DNA from: Candidatus Bathyarchaeia archaeon
GTDB taxonomy: Archaea; Thermoproteota; Bathyarchaeia; 40CM-2-53-6
Assembly (NCBI GenBank): GCA_049517415.1
Contig: JBEKSC010000026.1
Location: forward strand, 1-37,604
Length of the DNA: 37,604 nt
Direction: 5' to 3'
Below, one piece after another: positions 28,064 through 34,926 of the stretch (positions within the stretch are counted from its first letter, which is position 1; every line of letters starts with the position of its first letter). Under the pieces are notes generated by a model. That model made no database searches. It saw only the letters and a list, made by a program, of their open reading frames with translations, and was not told where the DNA came from. The position numbers were made by a program, and so were the translations under genes.

Positions 28064-29321
28064 ATTGGCGATAGCGCCTTTCTTCATGCATGCGGGCGAC
28101 TTAGGGACAGTTTATGAATCAAGTCGAATCGTTCTCAGCGGCGGAAACGTCTACAACTACGTCTACCAACAGACTCTCCTGATGCAACATGCCTCAGGGC
28201 TGCCTGTGTTTTTCGAAGGTTACGCATACCATCCCCTACTCATCTATTTCTTTGTTCCATTCTACTGGCTTTTCACGGTTGTGGCAGGGCATTCCCTCGT
28301 TATCATTGGGGGAAGCGCTGCGAGTCTGCCCGTTTTGATTTACCCTTGGGCGCTCCTTGCTATCTTCATGCTGAAAATTCCAATCGTGATCGCTGATATC
28401 GCGGTAGTCTATGTTTTGGCTAAGTTTGATTACAAGAAGGCTGAGATCTACGCGTTCTGCCCCTATGTCATCTTCATCTCGGTGGTCTGGGGAATGTTTG
28501 ATGCCATTGTCGCAATATTTCTTCTCCTCAGTTATCTCACCTTTTCAAAGCATTCGTATTTCCTGGCGGGCCTGACATATGGCGTAAGCTTAGTGAAACT
28601 GTATACCGCCGTGCTAGCACCACTTTACGTATACCGGTTATTGGGTAGGTGGAAGGAACTCGGCGAATTTCTGTTGGGGTTTTCCCTTACGCTCCTTCCC
28701 GTAGCATACTATTTCATAATTAGCCCATCTGCGTTCTGGAATGTGGTTGTTGTCTTCCAAGGCCTACGAGTTATGGGAGGCGTCAACCTCTATAATTTCA
28801 TCTGGAACGTGCCCGATGTCAGATTTGATATTTTGCTCTCAGCCGTCGCGAGCGCGGCTACAATCATTAGTGTTGCATACGTCACTCTGAAGTATGGACG
28901 GAGGCTACCGCTACTCGAGGCAGTATTGGCGGTAATGTTGGTAAGTTTTCTTTTCGGAAAAATCATGAATGAACAATTTCTAGTCTCGATTCTTCCTTTG
29001 ATTCTATTATCCAAGAAATGCGATTATAGGTTGTGGGCTGCGCCTTTCATATTCATATTCCTGCGTTCCCCGTTTTACTATTTCGCAATCCCAATCTTAT
29101 GGGCCAGTCCATATTTCTACGACCTCTATTTTCTGGCGAACAATGTCTGGATGCAAATTCAAACCGCAGGGTACCTTATGGTACCGATCTATGCTACGGG
29201 AGTAGCTTTTTCACTCTTGATCTTATGGAATTTACTTCAGCTCTTGAGGCCTACTCGCTCATGGGGGGACATTAGCCTCTCTTGGGCTTTCTCCCGTGTC
29301 GTACGAAGCCGTCGTAAGTAG
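28020..29321 (+). CDS. GT-C fold polytopic glycosyltransferase (PIG-M/GT87-like)
   Basis: RLAIAPFFMHAGD, YAYHP, LKIPIVIAD, CPYVIFISVVWGMFD, KLY, NEQF. Start ATG 28020 overlaps the upstream gene by 44 nt. Confidence 0.8.
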   Translation: MERRIRLVLAALAVRLAIAPFFMHAGDLGTVYESSRIVLSGGNVYNYVYQQTLLMQHASGLPVFFEGYAYHPLLIYFFVPFYWLFTVVAGHSLVIIGGSAASLPVLIYPWALLAIFMLKIPIVIADIAVVYVLAKFDYKKAEIYAFCPYVIFISVVWGMFDAIVAIFLLLSYLTFSKHSYFLAGLTYGVSLVKLYTAVLAPLYVYRLLGRWKELGEFLLGFSLTLLPVAYYFIISPSAFWNVVVVFQGLRVMGGVNLYNFIWNVPDVRFDILLSAVASAATIISVAYVTLKYGRRLPLLEAVLAVMLVSFLFGKIMNEQFLVSILPLILLSKKCDYRLWAAPFIFIFLRSPFYYFAIPILWASPYFYDLYFLANNVWMQIQTAGYLMVPIYATGVAFSLLILWNLLQLLRPTRSWGDISLSWAFSRVVRSRRK

Positions 29322-29869
29322 TCAACGGAGAAGCATGAGATTGCGAAGATTAGAACCACTAATTTCGCCGCGAACACGACGTTTATCGCATACGGGTTAG
29401 CCGGCCACCAGTTGACAATAATATCAGGGTTCTGTAAGCCCTGAACCGATAATCCCGCGGACCAGAGAACGACTTGATATAGGACTTCAAAGCCGCTTAG
29501 CATTACGAAGAACCAAGAAATTACGTAAAGCGATTCGAAGAACTGGTCTCCTATGCCCAGCAGCCTCCGCTTGGATATTGGTGAGTTCAATCCGAACGCG
29601 AAGGATAGGAAGAAGAAGTATGTGAACAGCGTCATTGGTTTGAACTGGAAGAGAACCAGATTGACCTCAGCATCGACCATGTTTTCTCCGATAATGTACG
29701 GCGCGCTAAGGCTGATGGAGTAAGCCGCAAGCACACCAAGTGCCAAAATCCCGAAAATTACGGAGAGCACGTTCATGACTGGCATTGATCGGCCTTTCGT
29801 TCCATACATTGATCGTAGCTGTTCTGAACTCAGATCGCCTAGGCCGACCCTCGCCTCTCTTCGGTTCAT
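29237..29869 (-). CDS. Hypothetical 4-TM membrane protein
   Basis: 210 aa with four hydrophobic helices; conserved-looking NPD...N...FAAK loop. Confidence 0.7.
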   Translation of the reverse strand: MNRREARVGLGDLSSEQLRSMYGTKGRSMPVMNVLSVIFGILALGVLAAYSISLSAPYIIGENMVDAEVNLVLFQFKPMTLFTYFFFLSFAFGLNSPISKRRLLGIGDQFFESLYVISWFFVMLSGFEVLYQVVLWSAGLSVQGLQNPDIIVNWWPANPYAINVVFAAKLVVLIFAISCFSVDYLRRLRTTREKAQERLMSPHERVGLKS

Positions 29870-30083
29870 AGCAATACACGTGTCGCGTGTTTCTCTGGGT
29901 ACGCTTAAGTCTTTAGTCAGAATTTCGAGAGGTCAATGTTGCGGGGACGAGTATCAGAAGAATGCCTAGGAAGGACGCGCTTGAACGTGTCCATGTTCGC
30001 CAGCGAGTATGTACATCTTTCCGCGCCACAAGGGGCCTTCGACATCAGAAGCGCATCCGTGGGTTTCCTCGTAAATTCGATGT

Positions 30084-30863
30084 TCACATGAAGGCGTCAG
30101 CGCAGCTGTACTTGGGATTGAAGCAGGCTGCGAAACTCGAGTCTGTTGTCTGGGATGTGTAAGGAGAGTTGCTCATGACCGTTAACCTATTGAGATATGC
30201 GTAGTGCCATCCCAAGGAACCTTTCGCAACTCCGAAAATTATGCTGAAGGTTACACTGTTGGGAAGGAGCCAATTAGCTGCCGCATATTCTTTGGCGAAA
30301 TTGAACTCTTCGAATGTCCAAGTTCCCGATGGGGTGGACCTGAACTCGATCCTGTGATTCAGCAGGGTAAGAGTGTCACTAGACTTGTCTGAGAAGAGAA
30401 TGCTAATCGTGTGAACTCCGTCATTGACTTCAACGACAAGCGTTACTCCGGTTCTGTTGAAAGGATCATCGTCACAATGACAAGGCTCCTTCATAAACCA
30501 CAAACCAACGGTCGAAGTGAAAAGCGCGGATAAACGGCCACCGTCTAACGTCTGAGTAAGGCTCTCGTATACTCCTCCAGGCGCCTCGCCGCTTTGGAAG
30601 ACTCCTAATGCAACTGCGTCTCTCCCATCGGCTACGGTTTCGTTCAAGGTCACCCGATCGAATGAGCCTTTAACGGACTCGCGATCCCAAACCATCAACT
30701 GAGGGCCCGTAGAGGTATTGGCCCACAGTTTGAAATTTGGGTCAAGTATCGGGGGCAGGCCGGAATAGCTACCTTGCAGATTCGCAAAAGCAAGTGCGCC
30801 GACCAGTATGAGTAAACTTACAGAAGCTGTTGCGAAGTATTTTCGAACCTGGCGGGCCTTCAA
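30084..30863 (-). CDS. Exported, N-terminally anchored beta-sandwich (CBM/jelly-roll-like) protein
   Basis: From TTG 30863 (TTGA overlap with the upstream stop): MKARQVRKYF plus a hydrophobic helix, then DPNFKLW...GTWTFEEFNF...YLNRLTV; sequons NTS, NET, NRT. Confidence 0.7.
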   Translation of the reverse strand: MKARQVRKYFATASVSLLILVGALAFANLQGSYSGLPPILDPNFKLWANTSTGPQLMVWDRESVKGSFDRVTLNETVADGRDAVALGVFQSGEAPGGVYESLTQTLDGGRLSALFTSTVGLWFMKEPCHCDDDPFNRTGVTLVVEVNDGVHTISILFSDKSSDTLTLLNHRIEFRSTPSGTWTFEEFNFAKEYAAANWLLPNSVTFSIIFGVAKGSLGWHYAYLNRLTVMSNSPYTSQTTDSSFAACFNPKYSCADAFM

Positions 30864-32113
30864 GTTGAACGCCTTCTGTTGTGGGAGTAGTCGGTTGAAT
30901 TGTACCACAATACTAGGGAGACTAGCATGAGTGGGATCCAGTAGATTACGTAGCTGGTTAGCGCGCGATATGAAAACCACAGAATTATGCCTGGCAGTAT
31001 CCACACAACGTATCTTAGCTGGCTAAAGTAGACGTAGTAATTGGTGACGAGTACGACCAGCACACCAATAGCCAGTAGAGTGTAGAATGTTCTTCCTACG
31101 TTGATTAATCCCACTTGCGAAAGTACCGCTGGCCCTTGACTTAGTATAACTAGGTTTGAGGTGATTGGCGTAACGATGTTCCGAAGCCAACCGAGGGGGT
31201 CACTGAATGCGAATGGCAAATTCACAAGAAAGAAGAGGCCCAACGCTGGTCCAACGAACTTTGCGATTCTCACTAGCTTGTCGCGGGTTTCTCTTGTGTG
31301 TTGGGTTCGAACTAGATAGATGATGATGAACGGAGCCAGGAGCCAGGGGGGCTGTTTTATCGCACATGCAATACCGTAGAGGACGCCTGATAATGCAGGT
31401 TTCTTGTCTATTGTGAATGCCACTAGGACTAGGGGAAGAACCCAGAGCATGTCCGTTACGCTTGAGGCAGTGTAGTTGATCATTAAGTCTGAGCCTGCGT
31501 AGAGGGGTAGAATCAGCATTGGCCTGAGATTTTCGGGGCATTTGATGTATAGGACGGCTATGATGCCTAACTCGAACATCACGAGAACCCATCTCATGTC
31601 TTTCAAGCCCATTAAGACAAATGGAACAAAGATGAGAAAGTGAAGGGAGGGATATTGGAACGTGGCTAGGTAACTTCCCGTGCTCAATGGGGTAAGGTCG
31701 GAGGGCTGAACGGCGAACATGGATAGGGCAGGCGTTAAGTCTTGAGTGTACGGGTTGAGGCCCTTGGTCACTAGGATGGCCGCGTACTGGCTGAACGCTA
31801 ACACATCGGTTCTATAAGACGCCTTGTACGCAATTTCCGCGACTACGTAAACACTGGTAATCGTTGCCAGTACGAGCGGCAGGAGGGAGAAGTCTTTGAG
31901 CTTGAAGACGGTTGCATCCGGCATTAGAGACAGTGCGATGACGAAGAGCGAGATGGCGTAGATGAGCAAAGTTGCAACGGCAACTTCTGGGTGAATATCA
32001 GCCCTTCCGCGATTCCAATCTTGAAATCCCTCGTAGAGAGAGAATTGCCCAACGAAGAGAAATGAAAGCCTTAGAATGAACGACTCGTACTTAACGCGAT
32101 TGAAATGGCTCAC
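30860..32113 (-). CDS. GT-C fold polytopic glycosyltransferase (GT87-like)
   Basis: RTD...YAA...GLNPY, FQYP, TD, ACAIKQPPW, VNLPF; about 11-12 TM helices. Confidence 0.75.
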   Translation of the reverse strand: MSHFNRVKYESFILRLSFLFVGQFSLYEGFQDWNRGRADIHPEVAVATLLIYAISLFVIALSLMPDATVFKLKDFSLLPLVLATITSVYVVAEIAYKASYRTDVLAFSQYAAILVTKGLNPYTQDLTPALSMFAVQPSDLTPLSTGSYLATFQYPSLHFLIFVPFVLMGLKDMRWVLVMFELGIIAVLYIKCPENLRPMLILPLYAGSDLMINYTASSVTDMLWVLPLVLVAFTIDKKPALSGVLYGIACAIKQPPWLLAPFIIIYLVRTQHTRETRDKLVRIAKFVGPALGLFFLVNLPFAFSDPLGWLRNIVTPITSNLVILSQGPAVLSQVGLINVGRTFYTLLAIGVLVVLVTNYYVYFSQLRYVVWILPGIILWFSYRALTSYVIYWIPLMLVSLVLWYNSTDYSHNRRRST

Positions 32114-32128
32114 CTTTCGATTGCATCC

Positions 32129-32848
32129 TCACTTCCGATTTCTCCTCGAAACGCTACGAGCCTGGCGAGCTTGCTTAATCCGCCGATGAATCAATTCGAG
32201 GAGTGGAAAGTTCATTATGATTATGGTTGCGACGACGATGCCTAGCCAAGTAATTACGACTGAGCTTTCAGTGCGTCCTGGGTGAAGGAAGGGCTGCGGG
32301 GACATCACCCGTCGTACTTGCTGCGTGACCGAATTGCCAACAATGATGTCTTGCCAGATTGTCCCGCCGGTCGCTGGACTTGTTATTTGGAAGGTGGTGG
32401 TTCCATTTCCTCCACCCATTAGCCACACGTAAACCTGCGGGAGAGACGCGTCAACGTTTAGAACGAGGTCGGCGTAGACCTCTGTGTAGTGAAAATCATT
32501 CAGGCCCTTGAAGAATTCTAATAAGTCCCCGTGCCGGAGCACTATCCGTCCATAAACTTGGTCAGGCCATGTAAGCTTCCTGCCCGTTTGCAGAACATCG
32601 TCAAAATCCTGACCCGTTGTCCATCCACTCCCTAGGACGCTGCTAATTCCGAGGCCGTTCGAGTTAGTGCCGTTCAGGTCATCGAACAGAATGCGGCCCC
32701 AGTCGGATGTTGACTGGATAATGACTTTAACCGGCTCCTCGTGCCAATCCGGACCGACTTCAGCGGCCGCGAAGAAATAGGAAGTGGCCAAGGCTGAGGT
32801 TGTTATGGCTAACAGGAGTAACAGGCTCAGGGTTTTCCGGCTTGACAT
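32129..32848 (-). CDS. Exported protein with C-terminal TM anchor and basic tail
   Basis: Signal MSSRKTLSLLLLLAITTSALA; two NGT sequons; ends VVITWLGIVVATIIIMNFPLLELI-HRRIKQARQARSVSRRNRK. Confidence 0.75.
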   Translation of the reverse strand: MSSRKTLSLLLLLAITTSALATSYFFAAAEVGPDWHEEPVKVIIQSTSDWGRILFDDLNGTNSNGLGISSVLGSGWTTGQDFDDVLQTGRKLTWPDQVYGRIVLRHGDLLEFFKGLNDFHYTEVYADLVLNVDASLPQVYVWLMGGGNGTTTFQITSPATGGTIWQDIIVGNSVTQQVRRVMSPQPFLHPGRTESSVVITWLGIVVATIIIMNFPLLELIHRRIKQARQARSVSRRNRK

Positions 32849-32850
32849 AG

Positions 32851-33984
32851 TTACTTGGCCAACTTGCGAGTTCTAATCTTTTTCGGCACACTTTTCTTAC
32901 GTTTTCTGGGGGCCCGGCGGGGGCGCGTTAACCTGTTTTCAATTTCAATTATCAAGAATAGGTAGGCTACGATCCAGAATAGGAAAAGTACTTCGCCAAC
33001 CGTATTGTGGAAGGCGTCAAGTTGCTGGCCGCTAGTGGCATAGGCATAGCCGTAGTAGGCGATTGAGAAGACCCTGACCACATTCAGAAGCACCGTAACC
33101 AAGACGCCCACCGCTGCGTAAATTATCTTTCGGATTCTGGGCGCCTGCAATTTTGCCGCAATCACGACCATAACCACAGAGTAGATCAGGATGCTCTGTA
33201 CGCCAACGCTCGGCCAATAGACAACCAAGCTGTAGTAACCGTGGAGACCGACTATCGTCAGATGATTCGTGAACCCATAGATCGGAAGCCCGAAAACCAT
33301 AGCGAGGAGGGCGACGCCCGCAACTATGAAGTTCGCCCAAAACTGCAAGGGGCCAATGGAGCCATAGGGTAGGAAAGCATCAAGGAGATAGAAGAACAAC
33401 ATCCCCAGGCCGAACAAGAGTGGCGTGACGATTCGTCGAATGGCACTTGCGGTGAAGAGGATTATGGACAATACTGCGATATAGATCGTGTCAGCGATGA
33501 AGTCTGTTGCCATCAAGAAGCTATTGCTGTAGTCGCCCGACGCTCCGAGCACTCGTCCTATGGCATAGATGAAATTCGTAAGTCCACCCTGAAGAATCAA
33601 GCCAAAGTCGATATGGCCTTGGTTTAATCCAAGTGCCAGCGCGTCCACGGCTCCTGGGGAGTATCCTGCCTGACTTACCCCCACTTCGACAAAGTAGAAC
33701 ACGCCAATTACGACTATTATGACGGCTTCGAGCTTTCGCCTCATGGTCCACTGTATCTTGCCTTTCTTGAAATCTAGAAGATCTAGCCCTAGGAAGAAGA
33801 GGATAATGAAGAGCCCGCCTCTACCGAGTTGGCCGAACCCCGCCCAGCTCAACTCGAATGTTTGCGGTGCAACGATGAAGAGAAATACGATCGGCGTTGC
33901 AGCAAGGATGAGCAGCACATCTCGACCGCTGACAGACCGCAGAATATTCACTAGGCGACTTAGCGGCCTCACCCTAACTGGCAT
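32851..33984 (-). CDS. Archaeosortase/exosortase-family transpeptidase, Ser-nucleophile (thaumarchaeosortase-like) type
   Basis: Polytopic protein; VYWPSVGVQS (Ser259 at the Cys position), LNVVRV (Arg304), AFHN (His326); two genes from a PEF-CTERM protein. Confidence 0.85.
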   Translation of the reverse strand: MPVRVRPLSRLVNILRSVSGRDVLLILAATPIVFLFIVAPQTFELSWAGFGQLGRGGLFIILFFLGLDLLDFKKGKIQWTMRRKLEAVIIVVIGVFYFVEVGVSQAGYSPGAVDALALGLNQGHIDFGLILQGGLTNFIYAIGRVLGASGDYSNSFLMATDFIADTIYIAVLSIILFTASAIRRIVTPLLFGLGMLFFYLLDAFLPYGSIGPLQFWANFIVAGVALLAMVFGLPIYGFTNHLTIVGLHGYYSLVVYWPSVGVQSILIYSVVMVVIAAKLQAPRIRKIIYAAVGVLVTVLLNVVRVFSIAYYGYAYATSGQQLDAFHNTVGEVLFLFWIVAYLFLIIEIENRLTRPRRAPRKRKKSVPKKIRTRKLAK

Positions 33985-33994
33985 TCGCGGCTAC

Positions 33995-34744
33995 CTAGAA
34001 AACGCGGTCCTTTGGAAATACCTCTATTCCCGTTGAACCAATTTGATATGGGCGAAGCTGCGAATCGTGGCTTATGCCGCGCATCTTTTCGACCTGTAAC
34101 CCGCGGATTACGTTTCCTTCGTGCACCATTGTGTGAAGTAGGACGACGCCTTGCGAGAGGTACTCTTCGATTTGAAATCGGCGGGCGAGCATAGAGGTTC
34201 GGAGTTCGGTAGTTACGATGCATGAGCATCCAGTGGATTCCAGTGCGTCGAAGAAGAGCAACAGTGCACGCCTCCGCTTCGCTTCCTCCGGATAGCGAAG
34301 CATAAGCGACGTAATAGGGTCAACGATGATCCTCTGTGTGCCTTCCTCCGCGGCCACCCGCCTTATCGTTCGAACCAATGACCCGAGCGTCAGTTCGGGG
34401 AGAGTTAGGCCTACCGGGTTCTCCGGCTCTATGGGCGGCTGGATCATTCTGTGCCCTGGCCGTTTCAGTTGTGTCGCGTCGATGAACGTAAGCTTACCTG
34501 CGTTCTCCAGGGAATCCAAGTCCCACCCGAAGGAAGAGAGGTTAACTTTGATGCGTTCGGGTTTCTCATCAAGAGCTACGTATAGGCCCGGCTCATCCGC
34601 CCTCGCTCCACCAACGAGGAATTGTATGGCGAAGGTCGTCTTTCCAGAGCCCGGGCTTCCGACTACGAGTATCGTTCTGGCCTTTGGAAGGCCCCCGTTG
34701 AGAACTTCATCAAGCCCCTTGATGCCTGTTGCAACTCTATCCAA
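33995..34744 (-). CDS. Single-domain KaiC/RAD55-family ATPase
   Basis: TGIKGLD, Walker A GSPGSGKT, Walker B IIVD, TTE, EYLSQGVV, VEKMRG. Confidence 0.92.
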   Translation of the reverse strand: MDRVATGIKGLDEVLNGGLPKARTILVVGSPGSGKTTFAIQFLVGGARADEPGLYVALDEKPERIKVNLSSFGWDLDSLENAGKLTFIDATQLKRPGHRMIQPPIEPENPVGLTLPELTLGSLVRTIRRVAAEEGTQRIIVDPITSLMLRYPEEAKRRRALLLFFDALESTGCSCIVTTELRTSMLARRFQIEEYLSQGVVLLHTMVHEGNVIRGLQVEKMRGISHDSQLRPYQIGSTGIEVFPKDRVF

Positions 34745-34887
34745 TTCCCTTACACCACGCGCCGCTTTGCAACGTTATCTTGGCCCATATTATTTAGTTG
34801 CTGATGACCCGGAAATCTAGGCTACTAGACCGCTCGAAAACGGATTCGGTTAATGTGACATAGACTCTCGTCTTACGGATTTTGAAT

Positions 34888-34907
34888 AGAAAAAGAGGGG
34901 AAGGGAG
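34888..34907 (-). terminator. Pyrimidine tract, probable terminator of the PEF-CTERM gene
   Basis: The + strand AGAAAAAGAGGGGAAGGGAG gives a C/T tract ending in oligo-T on -, ~20 nt after the stop at 34927. Confidence 0.55.
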
Positions 34908-34926
34908 TTTCTACGCGCGCAGGCGC

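Noticed and set aside
15626..31004. Long N-terminal extensions in the ORF track (starts 16477, 17394, 21410, 23968, 27975, 31004; also 8591 and 8639)
   Set aside because: They overlap neighbouring genes or promoters and precede the family N-terminus; downstream starts with stop/start coupling or an SD fit better.
33995..34744. Circadian clock KaiC or RadA/RadB recombinase
   Set aside because: Single domain, no kaiA/kaiB nearby and no RadA N-terminal domain; it fits the generic archaeal KaiC-like ATPases.
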